Source: a virus (taxonomy: Duplodnaviria; Caudoviricetes). From it: a stretch of 64,000 nt of DNA. The notes under the pieces were generated by a model. That model did no database searches, was not told where the DNA came from, and saw nothing but the letters and a program-made list of their open reading frames with translations. The stretch lies in the IMG/VR virus record IMGVR_UViG_3300028591_000082; one strand, 5' to 3'. The position numbers were made by a program, and so were the translations under genes. This document shows, in pieces, positions 1 to 10,568 of this stretch (its first letter is position 1; the number at the start of each line of letters is the position of its first letter).

Positions 1-2
1 AC

Positions 3-152
3 TCACCATATGCTAACTGGATGTCTAGCACAGTTGTTAATCCAGAAAACTTCAACAATGTTCGTGGAACATTTACAAGATATGGATTGACACTCTGTCC
101 ACGTGGACAGTACAACTATGCTACAATCAGAATTGACAACTTGGCAATCTAA
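3..152 (+). CDS. Major capsid protein, T4 gp23-like (3' end only, truncated by window)
   Basis: Own translation SPYANWMSSTVVNPENFNNVRGTFTRYGLTLCPRGQYNYATIRIDNLAI* resembles the gp23 C-terminal PY...P..F....G..TRYG motif; followed by a terminator. Confidence 0.8.
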   Translation, partial: SPYANWMSSTVVNPENFNNVRGTFTRYGLTLCPRGQYNYATIRIDNLAI

Positions 153-170
153 TTGTTAGATAGATAATAT

Positions 171-202
171 AAAAAGGAGGTTGTTAAAACCTCCTTTTTT
201 TT
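171..202 (+). terminator. Intrinsic terminator after capsid gene
   Basis: AAAAAGGAGGTT-gtta..-AACCTCCTTTTTTTT stem with U tract. Confidence 0.85.
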
Positions 203-267
203 GTTTATAGATATTAAAATCATAAAATGGTTTTTAACAAAGTTAATTTATATTGGAGGAATTTTGT

Positions 268-1281
268 ATGAAAATTCAGAAAGAGTTTGATGTTATTCAA
301 GCATCAACAACAGTAAGAATAGAAAAGACAAGAGAAGATGTAACTCCTATTGTAGGATATAAAAAATTCATTTCCAAAGGAATTGAAATTGATGGAGAAG
401 TAGTTAATCAGAGACTCGAAACAGTATTGCCAGAGAACGTTGGTACAACTCTCTTCCAAGATACTACTGCAAATGGAGTAAACATTAAGGAAGCTGTAGA
501 AAATACAACAGCTAAAGCAACAGTTGAGTATGCTGAAAAGACTGGCCAGAGACCTTATATTGAAATGAAGTATAGACAGCCAGCTGCAAACCCAGATGGT
601 GGAAGTGGCTCAACACCAACACCAACACCAGTAACAGTTGCTAAGCCAATAATTTCTATTACATCAGACGGTAAGGTTACTATTACTTGTGCAACAGCAG
701 GAGCAACAATTTATTATACAATAAATAATACTAACCCTTCAGATGCTTCAACAGAATATGCAGGACAGTTCACACTTGCTGATAGTGCAACTGTTAAGGC
801 AATTGCTTATGCAACAATCGAAGGTGAAGAAAAGGTTTCTGCAGTAGTTTCTAAAACTTATACAAAACAGTCTACACCACCACAGCCAACAACTTTCACA
901 GTTTATCATGGTGTTACAACACTTGACTATGATGGAATGTCAAATCAAAACACAGTTGGAACATATCTTGAAGGTGCCGTAACAGCAGAAGTTATTAAGG
1001 GTCTTACAAGATCAGTAGTATCAAATCAATATCAGGATTATTCATTTACTGGTACAGATGAAGATGATGATCATATTTCAACAGCTATTGTTGCATTCCC
1101 AAGTACAGCTGAACCAATTTTACCAGGAATTATGTTTAATGGAGAAATTAAACAGTCTTCAGGTTATCACAAATTCAATGTTGAAATTGACGGCGTAGAT
1201 TATGTTGTATTTGCACTTAAGGGTGGATTAGCAGATTCTGGATCTACAGCTGATGTATATTTCAGAGCAAGCTTTAACTAA
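268..1281 (+). CDS. Putative head decoration protein with Fn3-associated/CHB_HEX_C Ig-like domain
   Basis: KP.I...G.VTITCATAGATIYYT....P...S.EY...FTL..SATVKAIA motif; PT linkers; GGAGGA SD before ATG 268; directly after capsid gene. Confidence 0.65.
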   Translation: MKIQKEFDVIQASTTVRIEKTREDVTPIVGYKKFISKGIEIDGEVVNQRLETVLPENVGTTLFQDTTANGVNIKEAVENTTAKATVEYAEKTGQRPYIEMKYRQPAANPDGGSGSTPTPTPVTVAKPIISITSDGKVTITCATAGATIYYTINNTNPSDASTEYAGQFTLADSATVKAIAYATIEGEEKVSAVVSKTYTKQSTPPQPTTFTVYHGVTTLDYDGMSNQNTVGTYLEGAVTAEVIKGLTRSVVSNQYQDYSFTGTDEDDDHISTAIVAFPSTAEPILPGIMFNGEIKQSSGYHKFNVEIDGVDYVVFALKGGLADSGSTADVYFRASFN

Positions 1282-1305
1282 TTATAATTTTTAGGAGGAA
1301 AACAA

Positions 1306-1641
1306 ATGGTAATAAGCGAAACACTTGAAAATAACACAATGACACCAAATTTTGGAAGAGATACTTTTGCTACACTTGCTGAAATGAAGGCAGTATCTAA
1401 GAAAAAGATGCCACAGATGATTATAGCTACTTGCCAGGAAGATGGTAAAGTTTATATTTATAATAAATCAAACGCAGAAGATGATACTTTGGGTCTTTGG
1501 AGACCACTTGCTACAGAAGAAAAAGTAGAAGAAGAAACAGAAACAAATAAGCTTACATATGTATTGCTTGAAAATCAAGCAGCTTATGATGCTATAGAAA
1601 CAAAAGATCCAAACACTCTTTACCTTATAAAGGAGGAATAA
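1306..1641 (+). CDS. Putative virion protein, module A N-terminus plus C-terminal 'YDAI..KDPNTLYLI' motif
   Basis: N-terminal ~65 aa paralogous to 2284 and 3735; AGGAGG SD. Confidence 0.6.
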   Translation: MVISETLENNTMTPNFGRDTFATLAEMKAVSKKKMPQMIIATCQEDGKVYIYNKSNAEDDTLGLWRPLATEEKVEEETETNKLTYVLLENQAAYDAIETKDPNTLYLIKEE

Positions 1642-1642
1642 A

Positions 1643-2233
1643 ATGATAGTAAGCAAGAATAACGAGAGTGTCAGAGTTGTATCTGGCTTTTATCAAGGTT
1701 ATGGACTTGCTGGTATCTGGAACAAGGGAGTATATGTCCCTTTTACTAATGAGGAAGAAGTTCTTTTCTCAACAGTTAAGGGATATGTAGTTCTTACAGA
1801 TGGTGTGTCACCAGGAGATAATACACCAGCATTTAATGGAGCTACTGTATCAAAAGAACAACTTATAGCTGGACTTAAAAATTGTATTTTAAATTATGAT
1901 ATTGTAGAAATGAAAAAACCATTTGAAGCAGAAGTTGTTTTCAATGAAACTGAAGTTCCTTATACAGATAACGAAGATAACGAATTCCCATTTGGCTTTT
2001 TTGCAATAGAAAAAGCAGCATTACCAGATGGAGCTACTATAGATAATATAGTTACAAAGACAATTAACCCTATAAATAATGAGATTGTTAAATCTAGTGC
2101 ATATGAAATAGGAGAATTAAGCGTCGTTTATAACGAAGGTGAGCCTGAAGAAAAAACAATAGAATATTATGTTATTATTGGTAAGGCAAATGTTTCTGGA
2201 CAAGGAATTATACTTTATCCAACAGTAGAATAA
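1643..2233 (+). CDS. Hypothetical (likely virion) protein
   Basis: ORF with SD, coupled to upstream gene. Confidence 0.55.
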   Translation: MIVSKNNESVRVVSGFYQGYGLAGIWNKGVYVPFTNEEEVLFSTVKGYVVLTDGVSPGDNTPAFNGATVSKEQLIAGLKNCILNYDIVEMKKPFEAEVVFNETEVPYTDNEDNEFPFGFFAIEKAALPDGATIDNIVTKTINPINNEIVKSSAYEIGELSVVYNEGEPEEKTIEYYVIIGKANVSGQGIILYPTVE

Positions 2234-2239
2234 AAATAT

Positions 2240-2270
2240 AGCTAAGAGGCATTTATGCCTCTTAGCTTTT
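2240..2270 (+). terminator. Intrinsic terminator
   Basis: GCTAAGAGGCAT-tt-ATGCCTCTTAGC-TTTT. Confidence 0.75.
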
Positions 2271-2283
2271 AATGGAGACAATA

Positions 2284-3723
2284 ATGATAATAAATGAATC
2301 ATTTGAAAATAATACGATGCTCCCAAATTTTACTAGAGATATTTATGATACATTGGAAAGCATGAAAAATGTTTCTAAGAAAAAGATGCCACAGATGTAT
2401 ATAGCTCTATGTTTGGAAGATGGTAAAGCATATTTATATAATAAATCGAATGAAGTAGATCAAACACTTGGTCTTTGGAGAGAGTTAAATATTAGTGGAG
2501 GCTCTTCTGGTTCAGGTCTTTCAGAAGAACAACTTTCTCATTTAATGTTCCAGTTCTCAGAGCTTCCATCACAGAGCACAGAAAATATGCCAATTACAAC
2601 TGGTACAAAGGCTTTTAATCTTTCAGATGGAAAGATTTACGAAGCAACAGTAGATGGAAATAATATTACTTGGAATGAAGTTGAAAAAGTAACAATTGGA
2701 GCACCAACTATATCAATTGCAAACGATGGAACAATTACAGTTGGAAATATTACAAATGGAGCAACAGCTTACTATTCATTGGATGGTAGCGAACCTTCAA
2801 TTGCTTATGATCCAGCAAATCCACCACAGGCAGAATATGGTCAAACAGTAAAAGTAAAAGTTGTTAAGAGTGGAATTTCAGCAGAAGCTACACCAGCAAC
2901 TTATACAGTACCAGCACCAACAGTAAGTGTTAATAATGATACTGGATCAATTTCTATTACTCAAAATGCAGTAAATGGAAATACTTATTATACAACTGAT
3001 GGCACAACACCAACTGAAGCTTCAACATTACTTGATGGAATTCCAGAGTTTGACGAAGGACAATCAATAGTTAAGGCAATAACAATTGCAGAAAATAATG
3101 TAGAATCAATAGTAGCAAGTGCAACTTATATAGTACCAGCTCCAACAGTAAATGTTGATGGAACTGGACTTGCAACAATTGCACAGGCTTCTTCTGCAGG
3201 AACAACTTATTATACAATTGATAATACAACACCAACTGCAGCTTCAACTTCTTATAGTGAACCAGTTCAATTAGCAGACGGACAAACAATTAAGGCAATA
3301 ACAATTAATAACGGTGTATCTTCAACAGTGGCACAAAAGAGCTATACAGAAGCTAAACCATATTATTATGGATTTATAAACTCTGATAGTGCTGATGCTG
3401 TAGGAGATTTACCAGCAATAACATTTGCTACATTATCTAATACAGCAAATACAAAGTATGAATCTGAAGAAAATGCTACTAATAAGGCAGTAACAATAAG
3501 CCCAGCAGCAACTTCTAAAGAAGAAAATGCTGAATCAGCAAGCTTTATATTCTATGCTTATCCATCTAATTTAGGAAATCTTTCTACATACAACAATGGA
3601 TTTGGAACAGCACCTATAGGTGGTGGATTTACTAAGTTTGTAGATAGTGGATATAACATTTATGTTCAAAATGTAGGTGCTTCATATTCAGCAGGACAAG
3701 GTCCAACTTACACATTTAACTAA
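2284..3723 (+). CDS. Putative decoration/fibre protein: module A plus three Fn3-associated Ig-like repeats
   Basis: Three APT(I/V)...YY(S/T).D..P repeats; module A N-terminus; GGAG SD favours ATG 2284. Confidence 0.65.
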   Translation: MIINESFENNTMLPNFTRDIYDTLESMKNVSKKKMPQMYIALCLEDGKAYLYNKSNEVDQTLGLWRELNISGGSSGSGLSEEQLSHLMFQFSELPSQSTENMPITTGTKAFNLSDGKIYEATVDGNNITWNEVEKVTIGAPTISIANDGTITVGNITNGATAYYSLDGSEPSIAYDPANPPQAEYGQTVKVKVVKSGISAEATPATYTVPAPTVSVNNDTGSISITQNAVNGNTYYTTDGTTPTEASTLLDGIPEFDEGQSIVKAITIAENNVESIVASATYIVPAPTVNVDGTGLATIAQASSAGTTYYTIDNTTPTAASTSYSEPVQLADGQTIKAITINNGVSSTVAQKSYTEAKPYYYGFINSDSADAVGDLPAITFATLSNTANTKYESEENATNKAVTISPAATSKEENAESASFIFYAYPSNLGNLSTYNNGFGTAPIGGGFTKFVDSGYNIYVQNVGASYSAGQGPTYTFN

Positions 3724-3734
3724 GGAGATGCAAG

Positions 3735-4112
3735 ATGGTTATAGGAGAAAATTTTAGCTTAAAAGGAAAATTTCAGAACTTTGAAAGAGATAGTTATGCC
3801 ACACTTGCTGCAATGAAAGCTGTTAAAGATAAAGATTTGCCAAATATCTTCATAGCAACTTGTGAAGAAACTGGTAAACTTTATATCTATAAGAAAACCA
3901 ATGAAGTAGACGAAACTCTTGGCAAGTGGCGTGAAGCTGGCGGTGGCTCTGATTTTGAAGAAGAGACAGACACAATCGACTTCTCTACTTGGCCAGAATT
4001 TGACCCAGATTTGGAAGCTGGTGGTATCATACTTGATGGACAGGGTGGAGCTAACGTAGATGGTTCTAATGTTGGTGTAGACCCAGACGATATTGAACCA
4101 GATGAACCATAA
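3735..4112 (+). CDS. Module A protein with acidic tail
   Basis: NFERDSYATLAAMKAV...CEETGKLYIY...TLGKWR paralogy. Confidence 0.6.
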   Translation: MVIGENFSLKGKFQNFERDSYATLAAMKAVKDKDLPNIFIATCEETGKLYIYKKTNEVDETLGKWREAGGGSDFEEETDTIDFSTWPEFDPDLEAGGIILDGQGGANVDGSNVGVDPDDIEPDEP

Positions 4113-4122
4113 GGAGTGAATA

Positions 4123-4284
4123 ATGGCAAGCACATCAAAGATTACAGTTAACGGTGTTAAGTATGCCGTTAAAGATCAATATCTTAGAGATGAAATTGAA
4201 AAACTGCAAGATCCAGTAACAGCTGGTGACGGGATTGAGATTTCAGCTGACGGCACTGTTTCTCTAGTAGAGGACAATGACTAA
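4123..4284 (+). CDS. 53-aa stand-alone module B protein (not in ORF track)
   Basis: MASTSKITVNGVKYAVKDQYLRDEIEKLQDPVTAGDGIEISADGTVSLVEDND*; AAGGAG SD; similar to N-termini of 7389, 9912, 13405, 14189. Confidence 0.7.
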   Translation: MASTSKITVNGVKYAVKDQYLRDEIEKLQDPVTAGDGIEISADGTVSLVEDND

Positions 4285-4288
4285 AAAG

Positions 4289-4315
4289 AAAGCCTGAGAT
4301 TTCTCAGGCTTTTTT
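4289..4315 (+). terminator. Intrinsic terminator
   Basis: AAAGCCTGAGA-tt-TCTCAGGCTTTTTT. Confidence 0.75.
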
Positions 4316-4332
4316 AGTTTGGAGGAAATATA

Positions 4333-4665
4333 ATGAAATTTATAACATTAAGCAAACTAAATGAAAACTTAAGAAGTTTTTTCAGTAGCATAATTAAACC
4401 TTATATAGATAAAGAACTTGCAAAACCAAGCAGCTTTACAATGACAGCAAACCAACCAGAATGGTGGGATAATAACAATGCTAGTAACACAGTTGTTCCT
4501 GTTGGAAGTAAAGTTTATTTTTCTATATATGGTAATGAAATAACTGTTGTAGAGGGCGATGGTGAAACATCTTTAGGTAGTATAGTAGCACCAACTGGTG
4601 ATTTCAGCATTATGTTTGTTGGTGAAGTAAATGGAGATGTAATTGCTTATCCATATGGAGGTTAA
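4333..4665 (+). CDS. Module C protein
   Basis: MKFITLSKLNENLRSFF..IIKPYI N-terminus shared with 4668, 8212, 12920. Confidence 0.6.
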   Translation: MKFITLSKLNENLRSFFSSIIKPYIDKELAKPSSFTMTANQPEWWDNNNASNTVVPVGSKVYFSIYGNEITVVEGDGETSLGSIVAPTGDFSIMFVGEVNGDVIAYPYGG

Positions 4666-4667
4666 TC

Positions 4668-5870
4668 GTGAAATTTCTTACAAATAACGGATTAAATGAA
4701 AATCTTCATGAGTTTTTTGAGAAAATTGTAAAACCATATATTTCAAAAGAGAAAATAGAATTTCCTTGGAAAAACAAAAAAGTAACTTTTACCAAGAAAT
4801 CAAATTATGATTCTCCTGCAAATTTCATTGTAGATGATACAACTGGCGAAATTATTATGTACTATTCAAAAAAGGATGGAGATACTGTTACTAATACAGT
4901 GTTTTTGAAAAGTACAGATGGAGAAAATTGGGAAGAAGTAGTAAGTAGCTATACTGACAGACCACAAAGTATTGTTAGAGCAAGTAATGGAGACTATTAT
5001 ATTGGACCTCAGATCAATGGCACAACTGTTCCAAAAAATCTTCGTTCTACAGATGATCTAGAAACAATAACTAATGTAGATGCATCAGTTTTACCAGATA
5101 TTAGTGGCGGCATGTTTAATTTTAATAAACAATATGAAATAATCAATTTACCTGATGGTAAGACACTCGCTTATAATAGTAAAGCAAATCTTTATCAGCA
5201 AGATAGCAATGGCAATTTTGTTAGTATTTATAATCCATATGTAGTTGGCTATGAATTACTTGTAACAGAAAATTATGTGTGGATAATAAATCATCATAGT
5301 GGATATACTTATAATTATGTTTACCGAGCTAAACTATGGGAATCAAGTTTAAACTTTGTTCAGGTTTGTACAGTTACAAAAACGGATTATGACAACGCAG
5401 AAAGATGTTTAAGTTTTACAGACGATGAAATTGTTTTAGAGTATGTTTGTTATAAAAATGATACTTATAGTGACTATAAACTTTATTCTATAAAAGGAAA
5501 CGGTACTATTACTCAGTTATCAGTTCAGGATTACTTTAAGGTTCCTGAAAAGCAAGCTGCTTGGAAAGTTACTAAATTAAAAAATGGAAGATTATTTGGA
5601 AGACTAGGATCAGATAAATTATTACGATCTGATGATAATGGTCATAATTGGACTCTTATTACAAATAATGACTATTATTTTAGCAGAATGGCTCAACTGG
5701 ATAATGGCAATGTTTTGATTAGTACAGCAAAAGGTCTTTATGTATCATATGATAACGGAGACAATTTTGAATTAAAAATAAATAAAGATTATTATAAAGA
5801 TTTCTGTGTTTATGGTAATACTGTATCGTTATTAACAAGCGATGGCAATATTGAAACTATGAAATTTTAA
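4668..5870 (+). CDS. Module C plus BNR/Asp-box beta-propeller (putative glycan-binding/receptor-binding protein)
   Basis: Asp-boxes KSTDGENW, RSTDDLET, RSDDNGHNW, SYDNGDNF; GTG start. Confidence 0.65.
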   Translation: MKFLTNNGLNENLHEFFEKIVKPYISKEKIEFPWKNKKVTFTKKSNYDSPANFIVDDTTGEIIMYYSKKDGDTVTNTVFLKSTDGENWEEVVSSYTDRPQSIVRASNGDYYIGPQINGTTVPKNLRSTDDLETITNVDASVLPDISGGMFNFNKQYEIINLPDGKTLAYNSKANLYQQDSNGNFVSIYNPYVVGYELLVTENYVWIINHHSGYTYNYVYRAKLWESSLNFVQVCTVTKTDYDNAERCLSFTDDEIVLEYVCYKNDTYSDYKLYSIKGNGTITQLSVQDYFKVPEKQAAWKVTKLKNGRLFGRLGSDKLLRSDDNGHNWTLITNNDYYFSRMAQLDNGNVLISTAKGLYVSYDNGDNFELKINKDYYKDFCVYGNTVSLLTSDGNIETMKF

Positions 5871-5883
5871 GAGTATCGTTGTA

Positions 5884-6633
5884 ATGTTATTATCAATTGT
5901 AATACCATTCTGCGACAATGATTATAAGCTCCTTGATAGAGCTATAAATTCTATCAGGGAGCATATTAAATTCAATGATTATGAAATTGTTGTTGTAGAT
6001 AATAGGGAAGAAAAAAAAGAAGAAAAAATCTCATTAGAAAACATAAAAATCATTTCAAAAGGATATAATTTTTATACATTTGAAAGTAGAAGGTTTGGGT
6101 TTCAAAATTCTACTGGTAAGTTTATTTGGAATTTTGATGCTGATGATGAAATGATTGGTGATTTGTTTGAAGAAGATATTAAAGAAGATTATGAGTTTCT
6201 TCAAATGTATTATTTGCATGATGAAAAAACTAGACCAAAACCAATTCCACTTTTAAAAAGATACAACCCATCATTATTTGGGCCATGCGTTTGGTCTAGA
6301 TTATATAGAAGAGATTTGTTGGAAAAGATTTATACAAGATTAGAAAAACCAATAATAGTACCAAAATTTGAAGACAGAATTCTTTTTGACTTTGTGCTAT
6401 CTTATAATCCAAAATATGAATATATAGAAAGACCAATTTATATGTACAACCATTCAGTTTCTACAACTAATACAAAACTTGTAGAAAGGGTTGACAAAAT
6501 TGGAATAGGCGGATACGATTATCCTTATGAAGTTTTAGGTAAACCTAATGCTGCAGAAGATTTAAAAAGAAGAGTAGGAATTATATGTCAAAATTTGAAA
6601 AGGAACAGACGTTTCAATACCCAGATGTGTTGA
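5884..6633 (+). CDS. Glycosyltransferase family 2
   Basis: LSIVIP...EIVVVDN...R..G...G.FIWNFDADD...VWSRLY...ED GT-A motifs. Confidence 0.85.
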   Translation: MLLSIVIPFCDNDYKLLDRAINSIREHIKFNDYEIVVVDNREEKKEEKISLENIKIISKGYNFYTFESRRFGFQNSTGKFIWNFDADDEMIGDLFEEDIKEDYEFLQMYYLHDEKTRPKPIPLLKRYNPSLFGPCVWSRLYRRDLLEKIYTRLEKPIIVPKFEDRILFDFVLSYNPKYEYIERPIYMYNHSVSTTNTKLVERVDKIGIGGYDYPYEVLGKPNAAEDLKRRVGIICQNLKRNRRFNTQMC

Positions 6634-7373
6634 TAGCTGGATATGGTATAGTTGGAAAACATTTAAAAGAAGAATTTCCATTTGCAAAAACTTACGATCC
6701 AGACAAAGGTCAAAAAGCAGATTATTTTAGACCACCAAAAGATACTTATGATATTGCATTTATAGCAGTACCAACCCCAAACGATGAACACTTTTTTTGT
6801 AATACTTCATATGTTGAAAAAGCAATAGAAGAAATAGATGCAAAGATTTATGTTATAAAATCTACAGTACCTCCAGAAACAACTTCTAAGCTTTCTGCTA
6901 AATATGGGAAAACAATATTGTTTTCACCAGAATATTATGGTAATACACAGTTTGCTTTAAAGCCAGATTTTGTAATTATTGGTGGAAATTTTAAAGCTTA
7001 TCACGAAGTAAGACAATTATATGAGCTTATTAAATCAGCAGACTTTAAATTTTATCATTGTAGTTCTACAGAAGCAGAGATTATTAAATATATGGAAAAT
7101 TCTTTCTTGGCAATGAAAGTGATTTTCTGCAATCAATTTAAAGATATAGCAGATCTTTATGGTGTAGATTATGATAGAATAAGGGATGGATTTATTCTCG
7201 ATAAAAGAGTTGGTGAATCTCATACTTTTGTGTTTGATGATTACAGAGGATATGATAGCAAATGCTTAAATAAAGATATTCCAGCTTTTTCAAGTGCCGT
7301 TAAAGAAAAAGGATTTAATAAACAATTTATAATGGATGTTGTAGAAAACATAAATGATGGTTATAGAAGTTAA
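6585..7373 (+). CDS. ugd: UDP-glucose/GDP-mannose 6-dehydrogenase (short viral type)
   Basis: GYGIVG, FIAVPTP, IKSTVPP, FSPEY, AEIIKYMENSFLAMK, GYDSKCLNKD. Confidence 0.88.
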   Translation: MSKFEKEQTFQYPDVLIAGYGIVGKHLKEEFPFAKTYDPDKGQKADYFRPPKDTYDIAFIAVPTPNDEHFFCNTSYVEKAIEEIDAKIYVIKSTVPPETTSKLSAKYGKTILFSPEYYGNTQFALKPDFVIIGGNFKAYHEVRQLYELIKSADFKFYHCSSTEAEIIKYMENSFLAMKVIFCNQFKDIADLYGVDYDRIRDGFILDKRVGESHTFVFDDYRGYDSKCLNKDIPAFSSAVKEKGFNKQFIMDVVENINDGYRS

Positions 7374-7388
7374 TCTAAGAGGTATAAA

Positions 7389-8219
7389 ATGACAGAGATT
7401 TACTATATAACACAAAATGGTGAAAAAGTTTATCTAAAAGATGCAACTGGACGTGAACTTCTAGCCTCTAAGCAGACAAAATTAAAACCAGGAAATGGAA
7501 TTTCCATTGCTGAAGATGGAACTATTTCTGCTACTGGCGGTGGTTCTGCTAAAGGCTTTTTTATTAATGCAAGTGGCACTTTGAATAATTTATCTTTTGA
7601 TAAAACACCATTAGAATTAAATGATGCAATTGATAATAATAAAGTTGTAATTGTTAAAGTAAATAATGCAAAATTTATTTTAACAGACAAAAAAGATGAT
7701 ACTTATCTTTTTAGTTACTTGGTAGCTTCTGACGAAGAAGATGCTGTTGCTCAATTAGCAACAATATATGCTAAAGGAACAAATAGTTGGCAAGAAATAA
7801 AAACAAGATTTGTTTCTATTAAAACTTCTGATGGAATTGAAACTGGAGCCACAGCAGAATGTGATGGAGATGTTGATTTTTCTACATTTGAAGATTTTGA
7901 TGAAGACAGTATTTCAATCTATGGAAATAAAGTGGAAGAAGAGGGTATAATTTCTAATATAGAACAAAGATATTATGATTCATCAACTGGAAATTATATA
8001 GATCCAAACGATTACAATACAAATGTTAATATCGATGAAGATGATATAGTCGATGAAGAAACAAACAAAATAATAATAGATAATAAAAAGTATTCAATAG
8101 CTGATGAGTATGCTAGAGAAGTATATGAAACATTACAGGATACATTTGTTTTATCTGACGGTTTTGTTATTTCTGAAGATGGAGAATTGTCTTTAAGTGA
8201 GGAGGTTGGAAATGAATAA
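7389..8219 (+). CDS. Module B protein with a second degenerate module B at the C-terminus
   Basis: MTEIYYITQNGEKVYLKDATGRE...GNGISI; C-terminal IIIDNKKYSIADEYARE...DGFVISEDGELSL. Confidence 0.6.
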   Translation: MTEIYYITQNGEKVYLKDATGRELLASKQTKLKPGNGISIAEDGTISATGGGSAKGFFINASGTLNNLSFDKTPLELNDAIDNNKVVIVKVNNAKFILTDKKDDTYLFSYLVASDEEDAVAQLATIYAKGTNSWQEIKTRFVSIKTSDGIETGATAECDGDVDFSTFEDFDEDSISIYGNKVEEEGIISNIEQRYYDSSTGNYIDPNDYNTNVNIDEDDIVDEETNKIIIDNKKYSIADEYAREVYETLQDTFVLSDGFVISEDGELSLSEEVGNE

Positions 8220-9900
8220 ATTAAATAATTCATTTAAGGTTTTTTTGGATAATGTTATTAAACCATTATTAAAAAAACATAATAGTATGAACTATAAAAT
8301 GGATTATGCTGATGGTTCATATAATTCTTTTAAAACATCAACAACATTTGGAGAAATAAATTATAGTGATCCAAAGAGAAATAAAATAATTAAAATATCA
8401 GATAAAGACAAGGCATTATTTGAATGTAATTATTTAGCAGGTAGTGACTCATCATTTAGCAGTTTAAATACCAGAAACAGTTATAAAAAAGTAAAAGAAA
8501 TCGAAGGACTAAAAGATTATTCATTTATTGTAAATGATGGAGTTAGTGGAAGATATATGTTTGTAAAGTGCTTCCCTAATGGCGGAAAAGTATATGTTAC
8601 TATAACAGATAGTAGTTATAATATTTTAGTTGATTATTTGGAAGTTCCAACAAAAATTATTAAATATTTAGGCAGTACTGGTAAAGCTGGTGACGGTTCT
8701 TGGAACTCTTCTCTTGAATACTATTGTTTTTTGGGTTATGAATATGAATCTATAACTGGTGGAAGTATAACACGATACCAATACATTTTTTTAAATAGAT
8801 CAAAACTATTTAGCGATGATCCACAAACTATTCTTCAGGCTTTTGAAGAAGCAAAAGAATATAGAATAGATAATAGTAATCTTGGAGAAGGAGTAGAAGG
8901 AGAAGAATTAGGAAAATATCAAGATTACTATACTCTAACTTATGATACATATGCAACTCTTCAAAGCGGTTTTATTAGTAATTCTTATGCACATGGTATA
9001 TTATATATAGTAAGATTTATTGAAAAACGTCAAGGGTCAGGTTCTTTTGATGGTATAATAAGAGCTGTTGGAACTGTTATAGATTTTGTTAAGAACCAAG
9101 ACGGAACAGATGTAGTAATGAATATTTCAGAAAGAGTTTTAACAGAATTACCAACATTTAGAGCTGATGCTTATGGTCATCATGTACCAAGAGTTGCTTT
9201 TGCAAATGTAAGTTCTTATGATAGCAATAAAACAGGAACTGTAACAATATTCTATGGTAAAAAACTATATGTTTCAGGATTCCCAAAAGTAGAGGTTGGA
9301 ACTGCAATAACAGCAGTACCAAGTTTTACAGAATATACTACTACAGCAGAAGGAGATTTCCAATCAGTTGCTAATCTTGGTCGTAATTATAACACATCAT
9401 ATGATAGTGTATTCCTTGTAGCTGATTCTTATGGTAATATCTATACATACTCTACTAACTATAATACAACAGTAACATTATTAAAATCTAAAGATGAAAC
9501 AAAAAAGTATCATAATTTTAATTACAAAAATTTACAAAACTTTAGTGGTGCTTGGATAACAGATGGTAGTTATGTTACTAGAGATTTGGTTACTTGGTAT
9601 CCATTATCAAAAAAGACAAATTTACCAAATGGAAATTATAATGATGGAAATTATAGTATAAATTATATAGAAGGAAGAGTAATATATGAACTCAATATTG
9701 ATAAACTTATAAGTGCTGAAACTAGTGGCAATATAAGTTGGATAAAATATAATTTATTGTACAATAACAGTAATTACTATCAAAAAGAGAAACCAATCAA
9801 AAAATTAACATTCTTCTATACACAAAATAAAATACCAATGTTAAACTCAATTAATTTTACTATAGAAGATGATAAATATATTATAAATAATAATTATTAG
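8212..9900 (+). CDS. Module C large putative fibre/receptor-binding protein
   Basis: MNKLNNSFKVFLDNVIKP N-terminus; GGAGG SD favours ATG 8212; beta-rich. Confidence 0.55.
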   Translation: MNKLNNSFKVFLDNVIKPLLKKHNSMNYKMDYADGSYNSFKTSTTFGEINYSDPKRNKIIKISDKDKALFECNYLAGSDSSFSSLNTRNSYKKVKEIEGLKDYSFIVNDGVSGRYMFVKCFPNGGKVYVTITDSSYNILVDYLEVPTKIIKYLGSTGKAGDGSWNSSLEYYCFLGYEYESITGGSITRYQYIFLNRSKLFSDDPQTILQAFEEAKEYRIDNSNLGEGVEGEELGKYQDYYTLTYDTYATLQSGFISNSYAHGILYIVRFIEKRQGSGSFDGIIRAVGTVIDFVKNQDGTDVVMNISERVLTELPTFRADAYGHHVPRVAFANVSSYDSNKTGTVTIFYGKKLYVSGFPKVEVGTAITAVPSFTEYTTTAEGDFQSVANLGRNYNTSYDSVFLVADSYGNIYTYSTNYNTTVTLLKSKDETKKYHNFNYKNLQNFSGAWITDGSYVTRDLVTWYPLSKKTNLPNGNYNDGNYSINYIEGRVIYELNIDKLISAETSGNISWIKYNLLYNNSNYYQKEKPIKKLTFFYTQNKIPMLNSINFTIEDDKYIINNNY

Positions 9901-9911
9901 GAGGAAATAAT

Positions 9912-10568
9912 ATGACAGAAATTAAATATGCTACAGTAAAAAGAGATTATAAAGAAGATGAAAAAGTTTACTTTGCAGATGAAAAACTTAGAGGTGAACT
10001 TGACAAAAAACAAAAAAAAATAACTGTTGGAAGAGGTCTGAGGCTAAATGGAAATGTTCTCTCACTTGCAGACAATATTGGTGGTGGAAGCAACTTTAAG
10101 TATTTTACAATTGATGGCTTAAAAGCTAGTGGATTATATGAAGGTTCAGAGCCTTTTGAAGGAGCTGAGTGTTCAAAGCTTACTGTAGAGTGTGCTTATG
10201 TAGGAAACCCAAAAGTTTATATTGACTATATAGATGCTGGAGATTTTTCTTCTGATAGTTATAACAACAGATGTTTTAGTTTTATTAATGAAGTTAGTGA
10301 TGAAGAAGTAAATATGCAAAAAGCAAGAGAAGTGCTAGCTACTCTTGGAGATAGTGGCGAAGACTTTTTCTGCATACTTCCAACAAGAATAATATCTGGT
10401 GAATTTATAAGAATAATGCATGGTATCCAAGATGATGGATTTGAAGCATGTATTTTTGCGCCATGGTATTATGATTCTTATGGTGTTAAGCAAACAAGAG
10501 AAAGTGTACAACCATCAAGAGATAAATCAGAAATTATACCAGTTATTTGGGAACAACTTGCAAATTAA
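9912..10568 (+). CDS. Module B protein
   Basis: MTEIKY...VYFADEKLR.ELDKKQ.KITVGRGL. Confidence 0.55.
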   Translation: MTEIKYATVKRDYKEDEKVYFADEKLRGELDKKQKKITVGRGLRLNGNVLSLADNIGGGSNFKYFTIDGLKASGLYEGSEPFEGAECSKLTVECAYVGNPKVYIDYIDAGDFSSDSYNNRCFSFINEVSDEEVNMQKAREVLATLGDSGEDFFCILPTRIISGEFIRIMHGIQDDGFEACIFAPWYYDSYGVKQTRESVQPSRDKSEIIPVIWEQLAN

